A stretch of 64,000 nucleotides of DNA. Source: Candidatus Levybacteria bacterium CG2_30_37_29 (GTDB lineage Bacteria; Patescibacteriota; Microgenomatia; Levybacterales; GWA1-39-11). The stretch covers positions 67,654 through 131,653 of the forward strand of contig MNYS01000009.1 in NCBI GenBank assembly GCA_001873215.1, in the 5' to 3' direction. Of this stretch, positions 18,969 through 28,815 are shown in pieces; the stretch's first letter is position 1; each line of letters begins with the position of its first letter. Under the pieces are notes generated by a model. The model saw only the letters and a list, made by a program, of their open reading frames with translations. It was not told where the DNA came from and searched no databases. The translations under genes were made by a program, and so were the position numbers.

Positions 18969-20489
18969 ATGTTTGCAAAAGTTTTATCTTGCGCGGTTGT
19001 GGGGCTTGAAGGAATACAGGTTGAAGTAGAAACAGATATTCTAAATGGTCTTCCGGCATTTACGGTTGTCGGGCTTCCTGACAAAGCGGTCGAGGAATCA
19101 AAAGAGCGTGTCAGATCAGCTCTTAAAAATATAGGCGCAGACATTCCTGCAAAAAGAATTACGGTAAATCTTGCGCCGGGAGATCTTCCAAAAGAAGGTC
19201 CTTCTTTTGACCTTCCGATTGCAGTTTCAATTCTTGTTGCAAGCGGACAACTTCCGGCGGTTACAAACACCGCACTTTTTTTAGGAGAACTTTCTCTTGA
19301 CGGATCTCTTCGTCATACAAAAGGTGTTCTTCCTATGGTTTTGCTTGCAAAAGAAAAAGGCATTGAAAACGTTTTTGTCCCCGAAGAAAATTCCATGGAA
19401 GCGCAAATTGTTGAGGGCGTTAGCGTATTTGCCGCAAAAAGCTTGAAAGACGTTTTTTTGCACATTGCAGGACAAAAGCAAATGGAAAAACTTCCACATA
19501 TTAATTATGAAGAGCTTGAAGAAGACGAGGAATATGAATTTGACATGAAAGACGTTAGGGGGCAGGAATTTGTAAAACGCGCGCTTGAAGTTGCTGTTGC
19601 CGGAGGCCACAACATTTTATTTAAAGGTCCGCCGGGCGCCGGAAAAACCTTACTTGCCAAAACCATTCCTTCAATTTTACCTCCTCTTACTTTTGAGGAG
19701 GCGCTTGAGGTAACAAAAATTTATTCAATTTCAGGCCTTTTAGGAAAAAAACCTCTTATAAAAAAACGCCCTTTTAGAAGCCCTCACCACACAACGTCCC
19801 ACATAGGATTAATAGGTGGGTCTGCTCTTCCTCGCCCCGGTGAGATTTCTCTTGCGCACAGAGGTGTTCTTTTTTTGGACGAATTTCCCGAATTTCCCAG
19901 ACAAGTTCTTGAAGCTTTGCGTCAGCCAATTGAAGACGGATTTGTTGTCGTGTCCCGCGCGCGCGAGCGGGTGACTTTTCCAAGCAGATTTATGCTGGTT
20001 GCAGCAGCCAATCCGTGTCCTTGCGGATTTTTCGGCGAAAAAAATAAGACTTGTTCTTGCATTCCTTCCCAGATTCTCCGATACCAAAAGCGCCTATCTG
20101 GCCCTATTTTGGACAGGATTGATATTCATGTTGAAGTGCCTTCTGTTGAAATTTCAAAAATTACAACTGATGGAAAAGACGCGGAAGATTCCAAAACTGT
20201 TAGAAAAAGAATTGATAAAGCGCGCCTTGCCCAATACAAAAGGCTTATTGGAAAAAAGGCCGTGGCAAATGCTGATATGGGAGCAAAAGACATAAAAGAA
20301 ATGGTAAATATTACAGATGCTGCAAAAGAAATTTTAAAACAAGCCGTCGCGCGCCTTTCTCTTTCTGCAAGATCGTATCACAAAACAATAAAAGTCGCCC
20401 AAACAATCGCGGACTTAGAAGGTTCAAAGACCGTAGAACGCGAGCACGTTTTGGAAGCGCTTCAATACAGAGTAAAAACTACGATATGA
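18969..20489 (+). CDS. comM: Mg-chelatase-like AAA+ ATPase YifB/ComM
   Basis: 506 aa. The N-terminus MFAKVLSCAVVGLEGIQVEVE... is typical of ComM. Walker A GPPGAGKT. Confidence 0.85.
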   Translation: MFAKVLSCAVVGLEGIQVEVETDILNGLPAFTVVGLPDKAVEESKERVRSALKNIGADIPAKRITVNLAPGDLPKEGPSFDLPIAVSILVASGQLPAVTNTALFLGELSLDGSLRHTKGVLPMVLLAKEKGIENVFVPEENSMEAQIVEGVSVFAAKSLKDVFLHIAGQKQMEKLPHINYEELEEDEEYEFDMKDVRGQEFVKRALEVAVAGGHNILFKGPPGAGKTLLAKTIPSILPPLTFEEALEVTKIYSISGLLGKKPLIKKRPFRSPHHTTSHIGLIGGSALPRPGEISLAHRGVLFLDEFPEFPRQVLEALRQPIEDGFVVVSRARERVTFPSRFMLVAAANPCPCGFFGEKNKTCSCIPSQILRYQKRLSGPILDRIDIHVEVPSVEISKITTDGKDAEDSKTVRKRIDKARLAQYKRLIGKKAVANADMGAKDIKEMVNITDAAKEILKQAVARLSLSARSYHKTIKVAQTIADLEGSKTVEREHVLEALQYRVKTTI

Positions 20490-22816
20490 TGAATGAAAAA
20501 AATAATCTATCAGGCTTAACAGAAAAAGAAGCAAAAGAATTATTAGAAAAGTATGGTGAAAACTCAATTAAGTATTCTAGAAAAACATCATTTCTTCAGC
20601 TTCTTTTTTCGCAATACAAAAACATAATAACCTTAGTTCTGGTTTTTGCTTCGCTTTTTTCATTTGCATCAGGCGAGTTAATAGACGGATTTTTTATACT
20701 TCTTGTTCTTTTAGTAAACGGGCTTTTTGGTTTTTTTCAGGAATTCAGGGCAGAAAAAACTATTGAAAAGCTTCAGGAATTTCTTTTGCCCAAAGCCATA
20801 GCTATCAGGGACGCAAAAGAAGTTGAAATTTGGGCACATGAAATTGTTCCCGGAGATATTATTGTTTTGAGGGAAGGAGATAGAATTCCTGCTGACGGAA
20901 AACTGCTGAGTAACGTAATGCTTGAAGTCGACGAAGCAGTCTTAACAGGAGAATCCCTCCCATCGGAGAAAATGAAAAACAGCTCTCTTTATTCAGGAAC
21001 TTTTGTTGTAAGAGGAAGAGGTTATTTTAAGGTTGAAGAAACAGGAATTTCTAGTAAAATTGGAAAAATTGCCGAAGAACTTGAAAAAATAAAAAAACCC
21101 AAAATTCCTTTGTCGGAAAACCTCTCAAATTTAGGAAAGAAAATAACACTTCTTGCAGTTAGTTTTGCGTTGATTCTTCTTGTTGTCGGAATAATTCAGG
21201 GAAGAGAGATCAAAGAAATTATTCTAACCGTAATAAGCCTTTCTGTTGCGCTAATTCCCGAAGGTCTTCCTCTTGTTGTCACAATAGCTCTTGCAGTTGG
21301 GGCTCACAGAATGGCAAGGAGAAAGGCAATAGTTAGAAAAATGGCAGCAATTGAAACTTTGGGTGCGACAACCGTTATTTTATCGGACAAAACAGGCACA
21401 ATTACCCAAAATAAAATGAAAGTTAAGAGGCACTGGATATACGACGAAAAGCTACCTCTTTTTTTAAGAGGGTGCGTTCTTGGAAATACAGCATCTCTTA
21501 TATTAAAAGAAGACAATGGAGAGCTTGAAATTGTTGGTGATAAAACAGACGGAGCTCTTCTTGTGTTTGCCAAAAATCAAGTTAATGACATCGAAGAATA
21601 TAGGAATGAAGGAAGAATAATTAATGAAAAACCTTTTAATCCCGAAACTAAAACGATCGAAGTTACGTGGGAAGCAAAAAACCAAAAACACGTTTTTGTG
21701 AGAGGTGCCCCTGAGAGTATTTTAAAAATTATCACGAACAAAAAAGAAAAAGAAGAGCTTGAAAAAGAAATTAATAGATTTGCAGAAGAAGGACTACGGG
21801 TCATCGGTTTTGCTCAAAAGAAAGACAGTTCCGAATTCTCCCTCCTTGGAATACTTGGGATTTATGATCCTCCAAGAAATGAAGCGAAAGAAGCAATTGA
21901 AAAGGCGCGGACAGCAGGAATAAGAGTTGTAATGGTGACAGGAGATAATCCGCTAACCGCAAAGAAAATTTCTGAAGAAATCGGCTTAATCTCAGAAGGT
22001 GAGTTGGTGGTTACATCTGATGAAATATCAAAGATGACAGACGAGGAATTTTTAAAAATTCTTCCAAGAGTTAGGGTTTTTGCAAGAATGCTTCCCGAAG
22101 ACAAGCTCCGTCTTTTAAGGATTTATAAAAGAAGCGGTGAAGTGGTTGCCGTTACCGGAGATGGAGTAAATGATGCGCTTGCGTTGTCGGAAGCACATAT
22201 CGGTGTTGCAATGGGCGAAACAGGCACCGATGTTGCAAAAGAAGCGGCGGATGTTGTGATTACGGACGATAACCTTTATACAATTGTTCATGCGGTCGAA
22301 GAAGGAAGAGGAATTTATGACAACCTTATTAAAGTTGTAGTTTTTCTTATTTCTTCAAATTTTACGGAATTTCTTATTGTTTTTGTGGGAATAATGATTG
22401 GGCTTCCAATCCCCCTTACGCCCACCCAAATCCTTTGGGTGAATTTAGTAGGTGACGGGCTTCCTGCTATGGTTCTTGCAATAGATACGAAAAGAAAAAA
22501 TCTTCTATTTAATAAACCAAGAGATATTAAAGAACAAATACTGAATAAACAAAGAGTTATTCGGGTTTTTCAAATTATAATACCCTTCTTATTGTTTTTA
22601 ATAATTCTATATATATTTGCACTTTCAAAATTTGACCATTCAACTTCAAGAATGATTCTTTTTAACGCACTTGTTTTTGGAGAAATGATAATTGTCTTTT
22701 TGATAAGAGGAGGGATAAGACCTCTAAATAAATTTCTTATTCTTGCTGTTTTTGCTTCACTTTTCCTTCAGGTCTTAATTAACGTGGTTCCCTTTTTAAG
22801 AGCCGTTTTTTCCTAA
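20486..22816 (+). CDS. cation-transporting P-type ATPase (type II, Ca2+/Mg2+-like)
   Basis: 776 aa. DKTGTIT phosphorylation motif. TGDN and GDGVNDA motifs. Confidence 0.85.
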   Translation: MMNEKNNLSGLTEKEAKELLEKYGENSIKYSRKTSFLQLLFSQYKNIITLVLVFASLFSFASGELIDGFFILLVLLVNGLFGFFQEFRAEKTIEKLQEFLLPKAIAIRDAKEVEIWAHEIVPGDIIVLREGDRIPADGKLLSNVMLEVDEAVLTGESLPSEKMKNSSLYSGTFVVRGRGYFKVEETGISSKIGKIAEELEKIKKPKIPLSENLSNLGKKITLLAVSFALILLVVGIIQGREIKEIILTVISLSVALIPEGLPLVVTIALAVGAHRMARRKAIVRKMAAIETLGATTVILSDKTGTITQNKMKVKRHWIYDEKLPLFLRGCVLGNTASLILKEDNGELEIVGDKTDGALLVFAKNQVNDIEEYRNEGRIINEKPFNPETKTIEVTWEAKNQKHVFVRGAPESILKIITNKKEKEELEKEINRFAEEGLRVIGFAQKKDSSEFSLLGILGIYDPPRNEAKEAIEKARTAGIRVVMVTGDNPLTAKKISEEIGLISEGELVVTSDEISKMTDEEFLKILPRVRVFARMLPEDKLRLLRIYKRSGEVVAVTGDGVNDALALSEAHIGVAMGETGTDVAKEAADVVITDDNLYTIVHAVEEGRGIYDNLIKVVVFLISSNFTEFLIVFVGIMIGLPIPLTPTQILWVNLVGDGLPAMVLAIDTKRKNLLFNKPRDIKEQILNKQRVIRVFQIIIPFLLFLIILYIFALSKFDHSTSRMILFNALVFGEMIIVFLIRGGIRPLNKFLILAVFASLFLQVLINVVPFLRAVFS

Positions 22817-23440
22817 AAGCCGGTTTAATTTTATAAAGTTTTCATAAGGATTTTCTGCGTTTAGGACATAGCTTGTCGCTACAAATCGCGTTGCTCCCGC
22901 ATCAAATGCGGGTTTTATAGTTTTATCATTAATTCCTCCGTCCACTTCGATTGGAATGTCTGATTTATTTCGCAGTTCTTTTATTTTTTCAAGCCTCTGA
23001 GGGTTTAGTTTTGGTCCGGAAAATCCTACGCGGTCTGAAGTATAAATAAGTACCGCATCCAAATTTTCAAGCTTTACCTTAATTTCTTCAATTCGTGTTG
23101 GTCCATCGATTGCAAGACTGGCATCACCAAATTGTTTCGCAGTTTGTATAAACTCTTCTTGGTTAGACATTTTTTCGATGTGCCCCAAAAAACGCTTAAA
23201 ACCTGCTTCGCCCCAAGGTTTTAAATAATTTATTGGTTCAGCAACCATCATATGAAGCTCAAAAAAGAAATCGTTTGAATATTTTTTAAAAGGTTGCGGA
23301 TCAAGAAATGTTTTGTTGTTTGCAAAAACCCCGTCAATTATATCAATGTGAACGGTTTTAGCAAAAGGTTTTATGAGCTCAAGTTTTCGCTCAATCTCTG
23401 GCCAAGTCTGTTCTAGGATTCCGGGAATAACTTCGTTCAT
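22796..23440 (-). CDS. rpe: ribulose-phosphate 3-epimerase-like (Rpe/AlsE family)
   Basis: 214 aa. HIDIIDGVF and VDGGIN motifs match a TIM-barrel epimerase. Confidence 0.55.
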   Translation of the reverse strand: MNEVIPGILEQTWPEIERKLELIKPFAKTVHIDIIDGVFANNKTFLDPQPFKKYSNDFFFELHMMVAEPINYLKPWGEAGFKRFLGHIEKMSNQEEFIQTAKQFGDASLAIDGPTRIEEIKVKLENLDAVLIYTSDRVGFSGPKLNPQRLEKIKELRNKSDIPIEVDGGINDKTIKPAFDAGATRFVATSYVLNAENPYENFIKLNRLLGKNGS

Positions 23441-23445
23441 ATTTA

Positions 23446-23655
23446 TTATTTCCTTTTTATAACTAATCCGATAATTCCGGCTGCTAAAAACATCAGTCCG
23501 CCAGCCAGATAAAGTATTCCAATACTTTCTTTATTAATAAAATAATCTCCATAACCAAAAATTATTAATGATATTCCAAGCATAAGATTTATCACAGAGA
23601 TAATTATTTGCGTGTTTGTTTTTTTCATAAATCTACCTCCTTTCTGTTTGTGCAT
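23446..23655 (-). CDS. small 2-TM membrane protein, hypothetical
   Basis: 69 aa, hydrophobic. Confidence 0.25.
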   Translation of the reverse strand: MHKQKGGRFMKKTNTQIIISVINLMLGISLIIFGYGDYFINKESIGILYLAGGLMFLAAGIIGLVIKRK

Positions 23656-23689
23656 TATCTCAAATATATACTCAATTATTAGTATGAGT

Positions 23690-23899
23690 TTATGAGTCCT
23701 GAATTTTTAAATACGACTCTAAGTACCCGCACGAACTACATGCATAAGTAAATGTGGGCCGGCTTTTGACCGTTAAGAAAATATCTCTTAAACCACTTGG
23801 AAGTTTTTGGGTCCAGGCTTGTTGTGTGGGAACCTTCATTGCTATTAAATCAATTAGTACTCCTTTTTCCATTTCTCCACTACATTTCGGACACTTCAT
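23690..23899 (-). CDS. small zinc-ribbon protein, hypothetical
   Basis: 69 aa with CPKC...CSSCG pairs. Confidence 0.3.
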   Translation of the reverse strand: MKCPKCSGEMEKGVLIDLIAMKVPTQQAWTQKLPSGLRDIFLTVKSRPTFTYACSSCGYLESYLKIQDS

Positions 23900-24348
23900 A
23901 AGCTCACCTCCTCTATTTCTTTTATCTTCTCAATTCTTCTGACATGTCTTTCTTCGCCTGAAAATGGAGTCTCTAAAAACAACTGAACTAGTTTAAAGAT
24001 ATCTCCCTCTGCTATTAATTCAGAACCGATAGACATAACATTTGCGTCATTATGTTGTCGAGCCAGTACAACATTTTTCTCATTTATTGCCAAAAATGCC
24101 CGTATGCCTTTAATCTTGTTTGCAGCCATTGCCTCTCCGGCGCCGGATTTTCCAAAGACGATACCAAACGAATCTAGGTTTTGGGCTACTTTTATAGCTG
24201 CAACTTTTATAAAATCTGGATAATCATCGTTTGGATTAAATTCGAATGCCCCGCAATCCTCAACTTCATGGCCTTGATCTTCAAGCATTTTTTTTACTTT
24301 TTCTTTTACTTCAAATCCTGCGTGATCTGATGCTAAAAATTCTTTCAT
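23896..24348 (-). CDS. rpiB: ribose-5-phosphate isomerase B / LacAB-family sugar-phosphate isomerase
   Basis: 150 aa. MKEFLASDHAGFEVKEKV... typical RpiB. Confidence 0.8.
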   Translation of the reverse strand: MKEFLASDHAGFEVKEKVKKMLEDQGHEVEDCGAFEFNPNDDYPDFIKVAAIKVAQNLDSFGIVFGKSGAGEAMAANKIKGIRAFLAINEKNVVLARQHNDANVMSIGSELIAEGDIFKLVQLFLETPFSGEERHVRRIEKIKEIEEVSL

Positions 24349-25295
24349 GTTTTTTTTGCTTCCATAAATATTTTATAAAATCTTTGATAATTATAGCTTA
24401 TTTTCTCAACTGCTTCCTCTTTTTTTATCTGTCCGCTGGTAAAATAAACCAATGGATCCCAAAAAACTGTTCTTCCAACTGCAAATCCTACAATTCCGTC
24501 AACGGAAGCTCCTGTTTTTAGCCAATGTAAGACTTGGGGTTCTTCTGCTCCACGTCCAAGAATAATAATTCCTACATTGTTTCTGTCGTTTTTTCGCGCT
24601 TGGTTAACAGCATTTTCATAATCTTTTTTTGTTTCCATTCCTTCAAGTTTCCAGATGTCCGGCTCTACCCCTCCGTTTTGAAGCTCCTCCATCATTTTTA
24701 AAGTAAGGCCGGGTCTTAAATTTTTATCAAACTCTTCCTGGCTTGAGTTTTTTAGTTCTTCTTCTGTCGGGATTACCAAGGGTTCAATTAAAAATTTAAA
24801 TCCATTTCCATGGCAAAAATCACTCAAAGCCCTAAGTTTTTCTATTTGTCTTATGTTTAAATTCTTATCTCCTTCAGGATTGTACCGGATTAAAGCCTTA
24901 GCAAATTCAGGATTGTATTTTTTAATGTGGTCAAATTCAGCCTCCCCATACTCAAAATCAAATTCGCTTTTTCCGCTTTTTTCTGTTGTTAAAATTGTTG
25001 TGAAACCTTCTTTCTTTGCGTCAAGCAAAATTTGGCTTCCGAATTCTTCATCAACTAAAATTGCAGCTTCTTCTTTTGGTACGCTTTCCATAACTGCTTT
25101 TTTAAAAGCTTCATAAATTATTTCCTTTTCTTCTTTAATCTTTTCTGTTTCTTGTGGAGTTGGAAGTCTATCGTGAATTCCAAGCATGTTTTTGGTAAAA
25201 GATGACCTGTGGTCAAAGGGAAGTATAAAAAGTAAATTTTTATAACCTAAATTATTCATGTAAAACTTCTGCTGTAATTTTAGGGTTTTCCTCAA
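24345..25295 (-). CDS. LacD/DUF2090-like class I aldolase family protein (tagatose/fructose-bisphosphate aldolase-like)
   Basis: 316 aa. LFILPFDHRSSF resembles the LacD ALAFDQRG region. Overlaps the adjacent PfkB kinase gene by 44 nt, which suggests an IolC/DUF2090-like pairing. Confidence 0.4.
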   Translation of the reverse strand: MRKTLKLQQKFYMNNLGYKNLLFILPFDHRSSFTKNMLGIHDRLPTPQETEKIKEEKEIIYEAFKKAVMESVPKEEAAILVDEEFGSQILLDAKKEGFTTILTTEKSGKSEFDFEYGEAEFDHIKKYNPEFAKALIRYNPEGDKNLNIRQIEKLRALSDFCHGNGFKFLIEPLVIPTEEELKNSSQEEFDKNLRPGLTLKMMEELQNGGVEPDIWKLEGMETKKDYENAVNQARKNDRNNVGIIILGRGAEEPQVLHWLKTGASVDGIVGFAVGRTVFWDPLVYFTSGQIKKEEAVEKISYNYQRFYKIFMEAKKT

Positions 25296-26235
25296 GATAT
25301 TTTAAAATTTCGCTGCCGGTAAAAAGACCGTCCTGCGCCCCGACTTTTTGCATAACAGAGTACGCGTTTGATGCCCCCCACGCCATTGCTTGGTCAATTT
25401 CCTTTTCTTGTAAAATTGCCGCCAAAAAACCTGTTGCATATGCGTCTCCTGCGCCTGTTCTATTGATTTCAGAGGAAGTGGGAATTGCAGAGATTCTATA
25501 GATTTGACCATTTGCTGCCACCGAATACGCGCCGTTTGCACCGTCAGTTATCGAAATAATTTTTGGTCCAAGAGAAGAAAGGTTTGAAAAAATATTTTTT
25601 ATGTTTCCTCCTGAAAGACCTGTTTGTTTTAAGATTACTTCCGCTTCTTGGCGGTTTACAAATAAATAGTTTGTTTTTTTCAGAGCAGAACTTACAATAT
25701 CTCCAAACTCTTCAATCTGTTTTGTCCCTGGTGAAAAAGCAAGGATTGAACCTTTTTCCAGGCAAAAGTCCAATACTTTTTTGTATGTTTCTTCCCAGCG
25801 GTCTCCGATAGACGTGAGGTAGACAACGTCAGGTTTTGTTTCTTCTTTATGGTCAAAATTATGGTCGCCGACTTCGTGATGGGACAAAATAATTCTATCT
25901 TTTCCAAAATTAAGAATAACAGAAAGTCCTGTTGTTTTCCCTCGCGCGCTATCTGTTAATAGTTTTACGTTTTCAGAAAGAATTGTATTTTCTATTTCTT
26001 TTGAAAGAGCGTCATCTCCAAGCCATGTAAAAAAAGAAGTATTTATTCCAAGTCTTGCTAGTCCTACCGAAACGTTTGCCCCGTTCCCCCCAAGGGTTAG
26101 TTTGTCAATTTGTGTCGGAATTTTGTCTCCAAGCTGAAGCTCTATGCTTTGTCCGGAAGTTTTTACGTGGCTTTCTTCAAGACGTAAAAAAAGATCAATA
26201 AGGCTTGCTCCTACAACTAGTATATTCATATCCAA
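25252..26235 (-). CDS. PfkB-family sugar kinase (ribokinase/tagatose-6-P kinase-like)
   Basis: 327 aa. PfkB signature TGAGDAYATGFLAAIL and N-terminal GG motif. Confidence 0.8.
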   Translation of the reverse strand: MDMNILVVGASLIDLFLRLEESHVKTSGQSIELQLGDKIPTQIDKLTLGGNGANVSVGLARLGINTSFFTWLGDDALSKEIENTILSENVKLLTDSARGKTTGLSVILNFGKDRIILSHHEVGDHNFDHKEETKPDVVYLTSIGDRWEETYKKVLDFCLEKGSILAFSPGTKQIEEFGDIVSSALKKTNYLFVNRQEAEVILKQTGLSGGNIKNIFSNLSSLGPKIISITDGANGAYSVAANGQIYRISAIPTSSEINRTGAGDAYATGFLAAILQEKEIDQAMAWGASNAYSVMQKVGAQDGLFTGSEILKYLEENPKITAEVLHE

Positions 26236-26362
26236 TTGGTATTATTGTAATATGATTTTTTGTGTATTAAAAGAGGAAGATTCAAGGTAGTAATACTTGC
26301 CTCTTTTCCTCACCGTTTTGTTTTGATATAATTCAACACTAAATCCCTGCCCTATAGTCTAT

Positions 26363-28762
26363 ATGATAGTTTTGCGATTTGTTCTATTTTTTTTTGTTTT
26401 TATACTTGTAAAAATTGGTGATGGAGTAATCCTTTTATTAAACATTGCCAAGAATACAGTCCTGTATTTTATTAAAAAAATATTTTCTTTAAGAAAATTT
26501 TTAAGAATTAAAAGCAAATCCGGAACTTTTGATTTAAGAAAAAAAGAAACCAGCAAGAAAATTATTTCACCTAAGATATTTTTAGAAAGCAGAATTTATA
26601 CTCTGAAAAGAGCTTTTCTTGGATTTTCAAATTCAACTTCTTCCATTATTTCCAAGATAGTTATTTCTATTATTTCTTTTATTGTAATTTGTTTCAGGCA
26701 AATTTTAGCTTTTTTTAAACGAATTGGAAAAATAACTTGGAAGATAATACCGCACAAAAAAGAAAAAAAAGAAGAGGATATCAAATCCAAAAAAAAATAT
26801 GCCCGCCCGTCATTTTCTTACAACATTAAGCTTATTTTTCTAGGATTTATTTTTTCAACTGTTTTTATTTTTCTCCCGCTTCTAACTCTTATTTTTCTTT
26901 CAGACCTTCCAAGTCCATCAAATTTGTCCGTAAATTTTATACCCAAAACTACAAAAATTTATGATAAGAACGGAAACCTTTTATATGAAATATACGCAAA
27001 TCAAAACAGAACAATTGTCGCACTTTCTGAAATTCCAAAGAACTTAAAAAACGCGACAATTGCAATTGAGGATAAAGATTTTTATACACATCCCGGATTT
27101 GACGTAAAGGGAATTGCCCGTGCTTTTATCTCAAACACGCGTAATAAAAATATTCAGGGAGGTTCGACGATTACCCAGCAGTTAATAAAATCTGCGTTTT
27201 TCTCATCAGAGCCAAGCATTGCTCGCAAAGTGAAAGAAATAGTTTTGGCTTTTTGGGCAGAGAGGCTTTACTCAAAAGATAAAATATTAGAATTGTATTT
27301 TAATTACGTCCCTTATGGAGGGACGGCATGGGGAATTGAATCTGCAAGCGAAATATATTTTGGAAAAAACGTAACAGATCTAAGTCTTGGAGAATCGGCA
27401 TTTCTTGCCGGTCTTCCCCGTGCCCCCAGCGCGTACTCTCCGTATTTTGGCAACGGAAAGTTGTGGAAAAAGAGGCAAAAGGAAGTTCTGGATGCAATGG
27501 TCCACCTTTCTTATATAAAGCCAGACGATGGAAAAAAAGCTCTTGAAGAAGACCTTCAATTTAAAACCCCAAATACACGAATAAAGGCTCCACACTTTGT
27601 CATGTATGTTCGCGACTGGCTTATCCAAAAGTATGGATTGTCTGAAGTTGAAAGAGGAGGTTTACAAGTAAAAACTACTCTCGATCTTCCTTTGCAGGAA
27701 AAAATAGAACAAATTGTCGCATCTGAAATTGACCAAGATGCTTATCTTAATATACATAATGGCGCGGCTTTAATAACCAATCCTTCAACAGGGGATATTC
27801 TATCTATGGTTGGAAGTAAAAATTATTTTGATACGGAAGCGGAAGGGAATGTAAATATTGTTACTGCAAGCCGTCAGCCGGGATCAACAATAAAACTTGT
27901 AACTTATGCGCTTGCACTTTCAACAGGTTTTACAGAAGCAACAATATTGGATGATACCCCTCTTACCATATATAGTCAGGGTGGGCCTTCTTATACGCCT
28001 GTTAATTACGACGGAGCTTTTCATGGACGAATTCCTCTTAGAACAGCTTTTGCAAACTCTTTTAATATACCGGCAGTTAGAACTGCGCAAAAAATGGGGG
28101 TTGATAATATAGTCAATTTCGGCAGAGATATGGGAATTTCTTCTTGGAAGGATTCTTCAAAGTATGGAATTTCAATAACGCTTGGTGGCGCGGAAGTGAC
28201 AATGAAAGAATTAGCAACAGCATACGGAACAATTGCAAATGAAGGAAAACGCGTAGATATTAATCCTATTCTTGAGGTGAAAGATGCTCTTGGTAAGATT
28301 CTTTATCAAAAATCTATTGTTGAAAAACAGGTTGTTGATCCGGGAGTTGCATTTATTATTTCAGACATACTTGCTGACAATAATGCGCGAAGCATTGAAT
28401 TCGGCTCAAATTCTCCGCTTTCTATTCCGGGAAAAAGAGTGTCCGTTAAAACAGGAACAACAGATTACAAGCGCGATAACTGGACAATTGGGTATACTAA
28501 AAATGTTTTGGTTGCAACATGGGTTGGGAATAATGACAACTCGCCGATGAGCCAAAGTCTTGTGTCGGGAATTACAGGTGCAGCTCCAATGTGGAATAAA
28601 ATAATATCTTCGCTTATGCCCGAAAACAATGAAAGCAATACTCCTCCGCCAAATATTGTAAAAAAGTATTGTCTTGGGCAAGACAGGTTTTTTATTAAGG
28701 GTTCTGAAAATACGGTTTTGTGTGTGATGCCAACGCCTATACCAAGCCCAACTCCGCAGTAA
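26363..28762 (+). CDS. mrcA: class A penicillin-binding protein (PBP1A; glycosyltransferase GT51 + transpeptidase)
   Basis: 799 aa. EDKDFYTHPGFD and GGSTITQQL (GT51). Transpeptidase SxxK-like region. C-terminal tail CVMPTPIPSPTPQ. The N-terminal 150 aa are low complexity, so the start is uncertain. Confidence 0.8.
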   Translation: MIVLRFVLFFFVFILVKIGDGVILLLNIAKNTVLYFIKKIFSLRKFLRIKSKSGTFDLRKKETSKKIISPKIFLESRIYTLKRAFLGFSNSTSSIISKIVISIISFIVICFRQILAFFKRIGKITWKIIPHKKEKKEEDIKSKKKYARPSFSYNIKLIFLGFIFSTVFIFLPLLTLIFLSDLPSPSNLSVNFIPKTTKIYDKNGNLLYEIYANQNRTIVALSEIPKNLKNATIAIEDKDFYTHPGFDVKGIARAFISNTRNKNIQGGSTITQQLIKSAFFSSEPSIARKVKEIVLAFWAERLYSKDKILELYFNYVPYGGTAWGIESASEIYFGKNVTDLSLGESAFLAGLPRAPSAYSPYFGNGKLWKKRQKEVLDAMVHLSYIKPDDGKKALEEDLQFKTPNTRIKAPHFVMYVRDWLIQKYGLSEVERGGLQVKTTLDLPLQEKIEQIVASEIDQDAYLNIHNGAALITNPSTGDILSMVGSKNYFDTEAEGNVNIVTASRQPGSTIKLVTYALALSTGFTEATILDDTPLTIYSQGGPSYTPVNYDGAFHGRIPLRTAFANSFNIPAVRTAQKMGVDNIVNFGRDMGISSWKDSSKYGISITLGGAEVTMKELATAYGTIANEGKRVDINPILEVKDALGKILYQKSIVEKQVVDPGVAFIISDILADNNARSIEFGSNSPLSIPGKRVSVKTGTTDYKRDNWTIGYTKNVLVATWVGNNDNSPMSQSLVSGITGAAPMWNKIISSLMPENNESNTPPPNIVKKYCLGQDRFFIKGSENTVLCVMPTPIPSPTPQ

Positions 28763-28815
28763 CTACATCATTCACTAAATTTGTAACAATCTTCTTTTTA
28801 TGCATAAATAGATGT

